DNA from: Octopus bimaculoides
Lineage: Eukaryota
NCBI RefSeq assembly: GCF_001194135.2
Contig: NC_068984.1
Span: forward strand, 17,069,944 to 17,133,943
Reading direction: 5' to 3'
DNA: 64,000 nucleotides
Shown: positions 50,521-64,000 of the stretch, piece by piece
Layout of the letters: each line of letters begins with the position of its first letter
Position numbering within the stretch: position 1 is the first letter of the stretch
Notes under the pieces: generated by a model
What the model was told of the DNA's origin: nothing
Database searches by the model: none
Seen by the model: only the letters and a program-made list of their open reading frames with translations
Program-made: the position numbers and the translations under genes

Positions 50521-51438
50521 ACAATGAAAGAATCTATTATTTACTGTCAATGTTGTGTACAAATGATTTATCTTATTTTTAGTTTGATAAAATAAAATGA
50601 AAGTTTAAATACTGATATTCTAAGTGCAGTTCCATCCAATTATGCAAAACCTTGATTTTAGAATAGCATATATTGAGTTACTGCTTCCCCAAGAACTGGT
50701 TAGGTTTGAAATACAATATTGGAACATGTAAACAACAGGAGTGGTTTTCATGTGTAAATCAACACAAACATAAAGTACTAATATGGCAATTAATTCTAAA
50801 CATTGAAGTGTTAAACTGAGAAAACAAAGCTAACCGAAATGACCAATCACAATCCATTAGAGACTGTATCTTATAATTTAAGCTATAACTCAAGATATCT
50901 AGCATGATGACTCATTATAATAATCTTCTTCCTCTGCAAAAATACTACCCAAAGATATTTACATTTAGCATCAACTAGAAGTACGTTCAACCTGTGCATT
51001 CAGATTAAATGTTATTGCTTGCTGAAATAATCCTTTCTAATGCTGAAAGCAGTTCAATAACAAATTCGAACGGTAGAAAGTTATAAACAAAAGTTTCATG
51101 TAATAAGAATATAATTTCAGTGTTTTTAAACAGGAAGTAAAAGAATTCAAATCTGAAAGGAATTTGCTGCAATTTAACCTACCACCACCACCACCTCCAC
51201 CAGCACACAATATCTAACTTATTTTTGTTTCTCATTTTAAATCCATTTATCTATGGCACTATAGATTATATAAATCTGAAAAATTCAGAAATTTGATTAT
51301 GTCCTGAAAACAATTTTATTTTTATTCTTATGAATGAATACCCTTGTTAATATAAAAACACTCATATTTTCCTAATTCAGTATACTGAAGAGAGGGAAGT
51401 ACTTTGGATGAAGACACATCAAAGTGTGTACAGCAAAA

Positions 51439-51503
51439 TATTAAACTTTTGGTCTGTCTATGAGTTGGAGCGTACAACTCATAGGCAGACCTAAAGTTTA
51501 ATA
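51439..51503. repeat. 65-bp hairpin, 29-bp arms with 7-nt loop
   Basis: tattaaacttttggtctgtctatgagttg-gagcgta-caactcataggcagacctaaagtttaata; 2 mismatches. Confidence 0.92.
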
Positions 51504-52249
51504 CTTTAATCCCTAAGCTACAATGCTTTTTATATCTTGGAATAGTATTACCAACTCAAAGTAAAATATCAGTTTTCAGCAGAATATTTTTATGAAATGA
51601 ACAAAATATAGGATGAAGCAGTTTTGTTTTCATCATACATTTTCCCAAGCCATCATAGATTAAAGCTGTTCAACGATATGTAGTGCACTACTCTAATACA
51701 AGTGCCAACTTTCAAAGACTGTTGGCCTTTGTCGTCATCATATTTGTTGTTGTTGTTTGGTCTCAAGTCAGCACTTATCGAGAAGACAAATTACCAAAGA
51801 TATTCCAGCTATGACTATCCCAACATTTTTAAGGAATAATATACCTTAAGCTACATTATCCAGTATGCCCTTTTAAGATGATAGGTTGTGTTTTGAGGGA
51901 GGCCTGGCTGCTGTTTCTAGCAGGTCAGGTCATCATGTGAGGTTCCCAATAGTGTTAATGCTTTTTTTTTTTTTTGCTATGCATGTAAAAATACAAAATA
52001 GGCTGCTAGAATTTCCTTTCTTCTCTTACAAATTACTTGACAATATTAAACCTGCATAATTGTAGCTTTAAATCAGTTTGTAATATTTTTTTTTTTTTAC
52101 AATGTATTCAGAATATTTTTTATCCTAAATTATTAAAATGCCATGTCATAACATATGACAAACCATCCAATGGAATAAATTCTATCACATTCTTCAATAA
52201 CAGCAATTTCTTCTAGCAAACAACCAAATAATTTATGAAGTAATAGCTA

Positions 52250-53150
52250 ATTATCCCTGAGCGCAATGACTTCATCTCTGACCCAGTCAGTTGCATCCAT
52301 CCACTTACCCTTCCTTCTTTCTTAAGAAATACATGGTCTACAAAATTGCCATAACTCCTGCAAGACTACCAACTGGAAAGCAGCATATGCGTTGGGCATT
52401 GCACAACCTGCAATGTACCCCTCCTCTCTAACTGATGTTTTTTTGGGGTTTTCAGCAAGAGAATCTCCCTTCCTAAAGAATTCTCCTACTCACCACTCTG
52501 CAAACCAAGAATCCACTGTAGATGGTTACTCTCAAGGAAAAAGCTTCCTCATTTGCTGCTTCTTTGCTTCTAACTCCACCATGCACATATTCAACAAAAC
52601 TCCTTCAAAACTCCTAAGAGAATGTGCCAGTTATGTGATACCAGCATTAGCCACGACTATGATTTCTCTTAGCTAAAAAATTGCATATAAGAGTGTGGGA
52701 GACATAACAAGATAGGATAATCTCAGTCAGAGAAAAACCCATCAGCACATGCTGCAATGAGGAGATTTGAAGAGACATTTCCAATCCAAGAGATGAAAGC
52801 CAGTTTGAGCCCATAGATTCTCATACAGGCCAGACATAGTCTAAGGTTCGTTGATTTCAAGTGCAACAAGAAGGGACAGGACAAATTCCTTGTAGATCTA
52901 GCTCTATAGAGAAACCACACTGGTATTTACTGTAGAAGGAAAGAATGAGATTCACTGAGTTAAAAGGGATGATTGTTTTCATTACTTTTGAGTTGTTGGA
53001 AGTGACAGTAATAGTTGGCAGGATTAGAAAACTAGGTGCACCTAACACACCCATCCTTCCTCTTCTCTTTATCTTACTGAGTCTCAATCTTCTCTGGCTC
53101 TGCTCTAACCATGACACTCAGTTTCTCCTCCTCAGAGTATCAACCCCCAG
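52250..53150 (-). mobile_element. Decayed CR1/L2/Jockey-type LINE RT
   Basis: Across frames: SNPANY..ITVTSNNSKVMKTII, YQCGF, ARST.NL, AACADG. Confidence 0.55.
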
Positions 53151-53315
53151 AGTATAAACCCTTTCCCTTTCCACATCAATGTACAAATCTTTAGAGCTTA
53201 TGAATGTCATGGACACTCCCTCTGGTTGTGCCATAAACAAAAGAACATTTACAGATGTAATTAAGAGCAAAACCATTATAAAACATTTCAAATTTTTAAC
53301 ACATGCAAACTACTA

Positions 53316-53317
<2 letters not shown>

Positions 53318-53353
<36 letters not shown>
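53318..53353. repeat. (TAT)n microsatellite
   Basis: Direct reading. Confidence 0.9.
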
Positions 53354-55964
53354 GTGTAGAATAGGATATATAAATATGTGAGAAATGGTACTCAATACAT
53401 GTAGCAGAGTTCATTCATTCAGAGCAGATGATTTACTTTCTCATCAGCCCAGGTTTCTCAGTTTCTGTGACATTCCTAAAGGGTGTGATAAAAACAGGAA
53501 ACCCAGGGCAGAAAGAGTGAAACTTTAGCTCTGGATGAATGAATAATGTTAGGTGTGTATGTGTGTGTGTGTTACAAATTCACGCATAACATTTGAGTTG
53601 TTGAAAGTGAGAGAGATAGCATGTTTTATCTACCATATATATTAAAAAATTAGTCACACACATTTATACACACACAAGAGAGAAAGAGGAAAAGGGTTGT
53701 TGCAGTTTGTGACTATTCCAATATGTTGTTGTTATTGTGTACGTTGTTTGTTATTCCTTTGAAATGATTGACAATATAGAACCAACAGGATGGGCAGAGA
53801 ACAATTTCAGAAATGTTAAGGTCAACAATAAGGTTTTCCCATATTCACTTTAAAAAAAGATTGCTACCAACTGCTACCATTACCTGCAGTTAGACTACAT
53901 TTTTGTTCTCCAACAGATGATGTTGAAATAAATTTCAGATTTATATTTAAAACAGTTTTACAGTAGAATTTTTTCTATTTTTGCACTTTTTTAACATTTG
54001 TTTTGTGATTGATACAACTATTCTGGAACAAGAAGTCAATTTTCTGCACATCAATGGTGTCTTCAATAATAGAAAAGTGATTCTTGTGGCATAGTCAGGA
54101 AGATAACAAACATAACTGCAGTTTGTTGTCATTTGAACAGTTGTCTTGGGGTGGATAAACTAACTTTAAGGAAAATTACTCCCTTGAAGGGAAAGATATC
54201 ATTCACTTAAGCTGAAAGGAAGAACACAAGCAGAAGATTACTGAGGTTAGGGATGAGAAGACTTGGAATATACAAACCCCCCCCCCAAAAAAAACCAAAC
54301 AAACTAAAACAATGATTAACCATAAGAAGATAGGAAATACTTGTCAAAGACAGAAGGAAAGGCGCAAGCCTAGACAAATAATGGGTGATATTAGCTCAGT
54401 GAATAACTGAAATCTGGAAGACAAATATACACTGGTAATACAATCAGTGTAGTTGAGTTAAACATTAAAAAAAATACATTGGTAGAAAAAAAAAATAACA
54501 AACAAAAATATTGAATGAGAAAAGAAAGTACTTTTGGATTTTTGTCAACAAGGCTTTACAATCACTCAACTACAAACTGTTTTTATTATATAAAAGATGT
54601 CCATTTTAGTTTATATGATAAACTGTGCTTAATATTACATATTAAAAAATCTTGTGAATGTATTTAATTCACAATATATAATGAAGAATATCAGAAGATA
54701 CCTTTAGAGCATGATACAATATGAACAGAATATTGATGATTATTAATGGTATCTAAATAGATTCAGATTAGTTGCACAGTTGGTTATACCATGTGAAGAG
54801 AGGAAGTTAGCCAACAATACTAATTGCTTTAAAATTATAGAATGATCCAATATGAAACTGGCTTGGTTCTATTTAAATCTAAATAATATCATATCCAACA
54901 ATTTATTCTCCACCACTTTCAGATCAACTAATGAAAACAAATCTTTAAAAGTTCACAATAAAAAGACCAGACAGACAGAAGCCATTTAAAATATTATTCC
55001 AACTATTACCGAAACTTGGCAAAAGAGACTGGATACATATAGAAATCAATACAAATTTTCTAATACATTTTCTGAAATATTCCAATTGACTGATTAATAA
55101 TAAATTTAGATAAAGTTGGAAATGTTATCACAAATCAAATATTTCATATAACTTACTTTTCTAACTATGCTTAACCTAAAAACAAGATAAACTTTAGTCC
55201 TCTAGTTTTGATCAAAATAAATTTAAGGTCAACTTTATCATACACACTTTTCCTATGTTGGCACAGAACAACTATCCCTTGAGAACTGTCTTCTTTAGAA
55301 ACAGCCAAAGGAGACAGAAGACAGTTCTAAAAAGTTACCCACTCTCTTTCTGAACCAATTAATGAAAATCAATCAGCATTGTATCCATCTGAGTACTTTC
55401 TGGTCACCATTTACTGCCAACCATAGCAACAAAAATCAACCAATTTGTATATGTAAGTATTCTGAAGTCTCTTGAAATTGGACTGCTAGGATTTCAAGAA
55501 ACAGAATGAAGAGAGAACAATGATAGCCCTAACCTTGTATAACCTAATTATTTCATAGTACAGTAGACCAGACTTGTACAAATCCCTTGTTTCGCCAACC
55601 AAATTTAAAATGTACTTTGCTTGTCAATTTATTTATCTATTTGTTTATTTATCTTATTATCAAGACCTATCGCAGTGAAGTATGTCAATAATCTCCCAAG
55701 GTTGATTCAAAAGATGTCAAACTGTAAACAAAATCTTACAGAGTCCTCTCCAAGTCTTTCACAGAGTTTGGCTGAACTGAATACCAGCTATATGCTGGTG
55801 AAGTCCCCAACTCACCCCCTCTCTCATCAGTAAGTCACGGACTGAATGTTTGGCCGAGTAAAGGATACGAGGGCCAAGAGGGTGTTTAAGTCTGCTCTTC
55901 ACTTCATAGGTACTTATTACAATTAACAAAAGCATGATACAAACTACCAGGTTATGCTCACTGC

Positions 55965-56008
<44 letters not shown>

Positions 56009-56505
56009 GTGTCCACCCTGTCTTGACATCATGTGAATGCATTGCAAATGAATTACATTCAATTCCAATATTCTGTAAAAACATGTTTGGGCATGGGGCA
56101 ATATTACCTTGCTTGGAAACAAGTAAGGGCTGGTAAAAGGAAAGGCATCCATTTGTAGAAAATCTGCCTCAATAAATCTGACCCATACAAGCATGGAGAG
56201 GATTTTCGAGCGAGATCGTTGCCAGTGCCCCTGGACTGGCTCTTGTGCGGGTGGCACATAAAATACACCATTTTGAGCATGGCCGTTGCCAGTACCGCCT
56301 GACTGGCCTTCGTGCAGGTGACACATAAAAGCACCCACTACACTCTCGGAGTGGTTGGCATTAGGAAGAGCATCCAGCTGTAAAAACTCTGCCAAATCAG
56401 ATTGGAGCCTGGTGTAGTCATCTGGTTTCACCAGTCCTCAGTCAAATCGTCCAACCCATGCTAGCATGGAAAGCGGACGTTAAACGATAATGATGATGAT
56501 GATGA
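55965..56505 (+). mobile_element. Older SINE with a young family C copy (about 56190-56505) appended
   Basis: (TG)n body; CpG-rich modules matching 19968-20367 in reverse. Confidence 0.8.
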
Positions 56506-57064
56506 TATATATATATGTGGTGTGCTCAATACAGAATAACAGTCATTTGATACTAAAATGTATTGAGAAAAAAAAAACATGTAAAGACAGATTTCATTTC
56601 TTTCAAGCTACCAAGCAAGTTTCTGGATAACTAAGTTTGTGCAGTGTAATATAGTAAATATAACAGAAGCCAACAAATCACTGACACAACAATAAACAAA
56701 AAAAAGTAACCACAAAAATGCCTAATTGATAGGCTACACACACCTATTGATCCTTTATACAATGAAACAAGAATACTAAAATCGGAAGTGTAAAATTGGA
56801 AGAGACTTGTGAGGAGCACAGAATATGATTTACCCGCTTCATTTCACTTATACCTCACAACTAAAGGCAATGTTTGATTATTGACAAACATATGCACCAC
56901 TCCAGAATGATACACCATTTATAAAACTACAAATAAACACAAAACACACTGCCAGATACATGTAAACACAAAATGCACATGCCAAAATAGCTGCAATATT
57001 GGTTACTCAACTATACTGAAATCCTCTGCTGGATTACTTTCCAAGCCTCCTTCAGTGGTTTTCA

Positions 57065-57450
57065 AAATCATCATCTTTATTATCTAATATGGGTTCGACA
57101 GTTTGACAGGAGCTGGCAAGTCAGAGAGCTGTACCAGACTCTAAGTGCCTGTTTTGGCATGGTTTCTATAGCTGGATGCCCTTCTTAAAACCAAGCACTT
57201 TACAAGAGTGTACTGGGTGCTTTTTACATGACACCGGTAGGGTGATCTTTGCGTGGCACCAGCACGAGTGCTCTCTTATGTGGCACCCATATGTAATCTT
57301 CTTTACATGGTACTGGCACAGGTGCTTTCCTAAATGGTGCTAGGTGCTTTTTTCATGTGGTACTAGCATGGGTGCTCATGCATATGACACTGGCACAGGT
57401 GCCTTTTTACATGGTGCTGACATAGGTGCCTTCTTACATGGCACTGGCAC
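57065..57450 (-). mobile_element. Family C copy with about seven degenerate 20-25 bp modules
   Basis: Repeated ggcacaggtgc..ttt..acatgg. Confidence 0.7.
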
Positions 57451-57676
57451 ATAAAACAATTCAGAAGTTAAACAGTCACACACTAACAATATTTATGCTT
57501 TGTCTCCTCTAAAACCACGACCAGATACGGGAACAGTAAAATTGTTACAACATACTCTAAATGACACACTGCTAACTCCAAGCCCACCAAAAGCAATAGG
57601 TTATCTGGGGAACAAAATTTATGAAATAAACTGGAGAATTTATTGGTTATATCTATGCTGTAGAGATCACAAAACT

Positions 57677-58019
57677 GCTGAGACCCCCCCCTTCAGTCAT
57701 GACTGACCATAGGATTGCACCTAGAAAGTTACCCTCCCAGGCACAAGTCCAGGCAAGGTTGTTTATGGAAGACTAGCAGTCGCCCATGTATTCCGGCCTC
57801 CCCTCTCTACACCACCAGTGTTATCCAAGGAAAAGGCAAAGACCAATACAGTTTGGCACCAGTGACGTCGCAACTCATTTCTACAGCTGAGTGAACTGGA
57901 GCAACGTGAAATAAAGTGTCTTGCTCATGAACACAATACGCAGCTTGGTCCGGGATTCAAACTCACAACCTCATGATCGTAAGCTCGACGCTCTAACCAC
58001 TGAACCATGCGCCTTCACA
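57677..58019 (-). mobile_element. tRNA-derived SINE family F, young full-length
   Basis: Head gaaggcgcatggttcagtggttagagcg...gtttgaatcccgg; 11-bp TSD atcacaaaact. Confidence 0.92.
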
Positions 58020-58784
58020 ATCACAAAACTAGGACTAACATAACTAGATTCTTTCCCATTGTCATGTTAGGTGTTATTATATACACCTGTTACACAAGCG
58101 ATCTCCACTCATATCTGGAACCAAGTAAATTACAGTATTTCCTTGGTGTATTAATTACACTATCTTATCCTTGATTTTAACTGGAGTAGAGTTTATACAC
58201 AAGGCAAAGATAAAACTACGAAGGAAAAAAAAATTTTGCGTTAAGATTTAACATTAAATTAGGGATGTGACCATATACACAAGTAAATATGGTATAGCTA
58301 CTCCTTACCCATGCTGCCTTTTCAAAGATATATATATTTATTTTATATATAATATATATATATACATATTCTAGGTCATGCCTTCATTTGTTCTAAACAA
58401 TTCTTTACTGACGCTTAAATTTGGACATTATCGTTTATTTCTGTTATACCCTTGATATTGATATCACATTTCTAATCTTGCTACAGATCTGTGAAATAAA
58501 CATTTTATACCAATTTCTATGACTCTTACATAGTTAGGTTGGTTGACAAACTATAAATAACATCCAAATATCCTTGAAGTCATACCCTGCCAACATAAAA
58601 AAAGAAGGCACAATAAATTTGTGTAATCACCACTATACTTTGCCTAGAAAATGAAAGAAATGGGATGGTTAAGGCTTGAATGCCTTTAGATTTACTCAAA
58701 CATAGCTGACCTGAGGCTCAAAGCAAGAGAAACTCTATAATTGTTTCAATTAAAAATCAATGATAAAAATAGATATTTACATAT

Positions 58785-58985
58785 TGTTGCCAGTGTCGCC
58801 TGACTGGCTCCTGTGTCAGTGGCACATGAAAAGCACCATTCGAGCGTGGTTGTTGCCAGTACCGCCTGACATGCCAGTGGCATGTAAAAAGCACCCACTG
58901 CACTCTCGGAGTGGTTGGTGTTAGGACGGGCATCCAGCTGTAGAAACATTGCCAGATCGGATTGGAAAGTGGACGTTAAATGATG
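58785..58985 (+). mobile_element. Family C copy, internally deleted
   Basis: Family motifs. Confidence 0.8.
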
Positions 58986-59864
58986 ATTTACAAAGAAATG
59001 ACTGACAATGATTTAGAAGTTTAGGTTTACTTGCCATCAATCACTCACTCTCTCTCTCTCTCTCTCTCTCATATCTTACTTGTTTTCAGTTATTAGACGT
59101 AAGAGTTTTAGTTGAACAAATTCACCTCAGTACTTATTTTTTGTTGCAAGTCGGGCACTTATGCTATCAGTTTCTTTTGCTGAACTGCTAAGTTACAGTA
59201 ATACAAAGACATAACATCATTTAACATCCATTTTAAATGATGATAATAATGATGGATGTGTGTGTGTGTGTGTGTGTGTGTGTACACACTCATACTCAAT
59301 GAACTTCCACCCTGACTACAATCAACAATTTTTATGTTCAAAACTTAAAGTATCTCCTATTAGTTTACCACTTCAGTACATTCCTTAAATTACATGTCCT
59401 GCCCACTGCTGATAACTGCAATGTCAGCTAGATATCCACTACATGGTTTCAAAATATCCTGTTATATATGCATGCCATCCTAGACTTCATTAAGCAGCCA
59501 TTTACCTAATCAACAAAAAAGGTTGTGATATATTTTCTGAGATTACTCTAAAGGTTTCTGCCCACAATTTGTTACTTGTAATAACTCATACTTGTGTCAC
59601 TGCATCTAACTTTCAGGAAACCCCTTCTAATCACACTATATATACAGCTTCCAAACTCTATGTTAACTATATAAGCCTTCTGTTGTATCTTGGGAGGGTC
59701 ATTATGCCAACACTACACCAGAACATACAAGTTCACATCAAGAATCTTGCAAACCAAATAAAAAACGAAACGTAAATCTTATCTTATAGAAAATCTCTTC
59801 CTTGAAGAAGAGAATCATTGTCTAAAACCACTTGCTAGTTTTAAAAACAGAATTAATAAGGGTT

Positions 59865-60175
59865 CATCATCGTTTAACATCCGCTTTCCATGCTAGTATG
59901 GGTTGGACGATTTGAATGAGGACTGGCGAATCGGATGGCTGATCTGACACAGTTTCTACAGCTGGATACCCTTCCTAACACCAACCACTCCAAGAGTGTA
60001 GTGGGTGCTTTTACGTGCCACCAGCACGAGGGCCAGTCAGGCGGTACTGGCAATGGCCATGCTCAAAATGGTGTTTTTTACGTGCCACCTGCACAGGAGC
60101 CAGTCCAGCGGCACTGGCAACAATCTCGCTCAAATGTTTTCTAACATGCCACCGGCACAAGTGCCAGTAAGGCGA
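59865..60175 (-). mobile_element. Family C copy
   Basis: (CAT)n gtttaacatccgctttccatgc and modules. Confidence 0.85.
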
Positions 60176-60750
60176 CATTTTGCTAATACAAAATCTAAGT
60201 GAAGATAAAACTTAGCGGTTTTTATGAGGACATTTTGCAAGCTTTCAATATGATTGACATTCATGGGGGTGATTTTGGTTTAAATTATTGCACAAGTAAA
60301 TATGTGATATGTTGATGAACTGGTGCAAAGTGAAAACAGTAGTCTATTTGTTAGATGTATAATAAAATGCAAGAACAAAAATAAGCAGGATACACACACA
60401 CACACAAAGATGTTAAGAAACAAACACAGTCATGTGCTTTGTACCTCAACTTCTGATGACTGCTAAAGTACTTGCATAACACAACCTGGTGGATTTTAGA
60501 ACTGCAAAAATCCTTTTTTCATCAAGATAACTAAACCTAACCTTTATTAGTTGGATTTAGCAATCCTAATAAAGGATGGAACTGGCTTTATGGCAACACA
60601 TAATGAACCCCAGTGAGTTATCAAGAAGAAAGTAAATACCTCATGCTTCCACATTCAATCCAAGTTCATTAAAAGTTAATCAGTGACAAAGTCATAGACA
60701 ATCCCTTTCTATAATAAGTTTAACTCTACTTCCAGTATTCAGCTCTTTAA

Positions 60751-61184
60751 CCCTTTAGCACTCAGATTACTCTGTCAAATGCATTGCTTTGGAGTAATCA
60801 TGCATTATCTTGTCGCTTCAAGAGGCGGTGAGTTGGCAGAATTGTTAGCACGCTGGACAAAATGCTTAGCGGTATTTCGCCTGTCACTACGTTCTGAGTT
60901 CAAATTCCATTGAGGTTGACTTTACCTTTCATCCTTTTGGGGTTGATAAATTAAGTACCAGTTGAGTACTGGGGTCAATGTAATCGACTGTCCTCCTCCC
61001 CCAAATTTCAGGCCTTATGTCTATAATAGAAAGGATTATCTTGTAGCTTCAAGATTTCTATGATGTGATTGTATAGTTTTAGAATGATATTGAAGGGTAG
61101 CTGTTAGAGGCCAAATCTGGCTGGTTTGAACATAAAACAGGTAGACTAGTTGGGCTGGGTTTGGCTGGTTTGAATGCTAAAGGG
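60751..61184. mobile_element. Complete piggyBac-type MITE (family D) carrying a family B SINE (60824-61034)
   Basis: TTAA-CCCTTTAGCA...TGCTAAAGGG-TTAA; SINE flanked by 20-bp duplication attatcttgt(c/a)gcttcaaga. Confidence 0.92.
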
Positions 61185-61924
61185 TTAACCAGCAATTATT
61201 TGTCCTTTACTTGTTTCAAATACTAAAAAAATGAATGCAGTAAGACCAGCCTTGTACTTATAATTTCAAAAAGTTTATAGCTTTTCTTTACTAATGAACA
61301 CTTGAAATTAAAAGAGAAGAAAGACTGAATTCCAAATAAAATAGGATAGACAATAATATCACAAATGTGAATATTTGAAATAATTATCAGTATTAATAAT
61401 ATACCAGATTTAAGAGCGGTGATGAAAACTACTATTACCACATATTTCTGAAGGGGAAAAAAAATACATATTTGAATGTGTCAAGTACCTAGTAGTGAAT
61501 ATAAAAACACGTCTGGACAGAGAAAAAAACAAATCTTAACTATTAAAATAAGTTAAAAACAGAGATACCAGAAGTTTATTGCCATACACAGAGAAACATT
61601 TATTTGATGATGTAACTCTTTAAAATAAACAAGTTCAAACATATATATATATCTAGCAATATACTAATAACAATCTCATCTCTTATGTACTTAAAATGCT
61701 TTAACTGATTGGAAGAGATACACAAGTAATTATCGATAACAATGTACAAAGGTTGATTACATTACTTATTATCGTCTTCTTAATGTTTTGTATGTACTAT
61801 TTGAACAAGCTTTGAAACGGGTGAAACTTGAAGTCACAGTCAATCCTATTCTATAATAAATTTAACTCTGATTCTAGTGTTCAGTCCTTTAACCAGAAAT
61901 ATTTATTTTTAATCTTCTGTGTCA

Positions 61925-62620
61925 GTCATAGGAGTGTGGCCATGCTGGAGCACCATGCTGAAAGGTTTAGTCAAACAAATTGCCCTCAGTACTTATTTTT
62001 TAAGTCCAGTACTTATCCTATTGGTCTCTTTTGCCAAGGCATTGTTACAGCGACATAAACAAACCAACACCAGTTGTCAAGCAGTGAGGGGACAAACACA
62101 AAGACACACACACACAGACACAAGACATCCACACAGTTTCTGTCTACTGAATTCACTCACAAGGCACTGGTCAGTCTGGGACGATATTAGAAGACACTTG
62201 TCCTATGTGCTATGCAGTGGGACTAAACCTGCACTCAACAACCCTAATATATGTACATAAATACATACATGTGTGCATGCGTGTGCACATTCATATACTT
62301 TTGTACATATTAATTTACAAAGCGGAAAAAAGAAGCATCCAATAGATATAGTAGGGTTTATTAATTCACTCGCATTTCAGTTCTACACAACACTGATCAC
62401 TATACCTCAACATCATTTTACATTTGCTTTTCCATGCTGGCATGGGTTGCATGGGGCATCACAGACAAAGTGAATTCTTATTCAGAGTTACTGTCCTACA
62501 TAGGTCAGAGATCATCTCTCACATTTCTGGCATGTTTTCTATGGCTAGATAACTCTCTTATCACCAACCACTTTACAGAGTGTACTGGGTGCATTTTATG
62601 ATAGCACCAGCACTAGTGAA
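61925..62620 (-). mobile_element. Family A (about 61925-62230) and family C (about 62410-62620) copies
   Basis: Family motifs in reverse. Confidence 0.7.
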
Positions 62621-64000
62621 GCTGCTTTATCCCAGGCAAAACTAAAAAGTCCTCTGTAATCCATGTTTGTCTCCGTTGAGACAGTGATGAAAGAGGACAA
62701 GAAAGAGGGGGGGGGAGATGACAAGCAGTAAAGAAGAGTAAGAGTAAGTAAGGATTGAGTACAAATAGGCATTCAATTTCATTCCATTCCTTGCTATACA
62801 GGCAGAAGAATGGGGAAAAGTTAAGTGTTATAATAAGGAGAAACAATGATAGGAGAGGAGATGAGCGATAGATGAGAAGATAAAAAACAGAGGAGTAGTA
62901 TATGACGATTGTATACAAGTATAATGTTCAGGAAAAGACCCTTTACATCCCAATGTTCATCATCACCAGTCATGAGTTTCACATCTATTTTTCTATGCTT
63001 GTATGGGTCCTCTTCATTACAGTACTTCACTGCAACTTGAGATCCTGTCTTCCTTTTGTAAAGTTGAGCCTCTTGAAACCAATCTTCACTACTTCATACC
63101 ATATCCTCTTTGGACACCACCAAACACTTCAAAAGTTGATACCAGCAGACATACAAATATTTATAATAAACACACACAAACACATGCCTGTGCATGGGTT
63201 GTTGCGTGAATGTTTGCACTCCCATGGTACTGTCATTAACGCTCAAAGGTTTCCCTACGGTGGGGATGTTGTGGTGATGCTTTTTAGACCCAGGCATGGC
63301 CGTGGGGTAACAAAACTGGCTTCACAATCATGCTGTTTTAAGTACTATCCTATTGCATAGCACTACAGGCAAGTGTCTCTTACTATAGTTTCCAGCTGAA
63401 AATGCCTTATAAGTGAAATTCAGAGATGAAAATTGTACGGGAGCCCATTGGGTATGTGTGTGTGTGTGTTTTCACCTGGTTTCATGTTGACACTGTGGAC
63501 AAAGGTGACATGTTTATGTTTACTGTTACCTGCATAACCAGTAGCTTGAGAGTTTTGAGGTGCAAAAACCAGTGGAATAAAATAAACTTGCTCAAAAAAA
63601 GAAAAACAAAGAATGTAAAGGATACCCAGCTGTAGAATACTATTCCAAGCACTAGTAATGGCAGCGATCTGTAAAATATTGCTTGAATAAGTCTTGTCCA
63701 GTCCATGCCAAACGTAACTGGAGAAGTTCAAAATATAAGAGAATTCTCAGTTATGCAGGTGTTATAGAAAATAAAGTTGGCAGGAGATATTGAAACACTG
63801 CTGTCGCATCTAGGTACCAGCAGGATATATGACTGGTTGTAATATTCATCTTGACAAAGGTTCTTGTCTTGTGAAAAAGAAAAAAATAGATCTCTTGCTA
63901 TCCCACTCCTAATTCACCCGAACTATGAAATACCCTTCTGTTGAAAACTATTAAGTGGTACCTCAAAAGAACAGATCTCTACAGAGATTCAATAATGAGG

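Noticed and set aside
57945-58017. tRNA-like sequence with A and B boxes (also at 6050, 8516, 13995, 28839)
   Set aside because: Continues into SINE bodies, has TSDs and no proper acceptor stem; these are SINE heads, not tRNA genes.

Overview
AT-rich, repeat-dense animal genomic DNA with three N-gaps. The SINE/LINE landscape (tRNA-derived SINEs with central (TG)n/(TA)n, RTE-type (GAT)n tails, piggyBac and Tc1 MITEs) points to an octopus/coleoid genome; this is an inference. The one host gene I can support is a Son-of-sevenless (SOS) Ras-GEF on the minus strand. Thirteen GT-AG coding exons (44396 down to 195, 1832 nt, phases consistent, no stops) encode the histone-fold, DH, PH, helical linker and start of the REM domain, about human SOS1 residues 30-647. 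Exon 1 was not found and the Cdc25 and proline-rich exons lie left of the window. Introns are filled with SINEs, decayed RTE, CR1/L2-type and CRE-like LINE fragments, and MITEs. Top leads: (1) the codon equivalent to autoinhibitory Met269 is Ile (ATA) in a UAG context, one A-to-I edit from Met, with a long foldback in the next intron; (2) six more genomic-A versus orthologue-G substitutions in the histone-fold region; (3) a 185-bp TG...CA element with 46-bp inverted arms enclosing a Gypsy RT catalytic motif; (4) a nested palindrome with a hammerhead-like core; (5) two miRNA-like hairpins. Human residue numbers and exon boundaries are recalled from memory, not database-checked. Repeat family letters are my own labels and many repeat boundaries are approximate.
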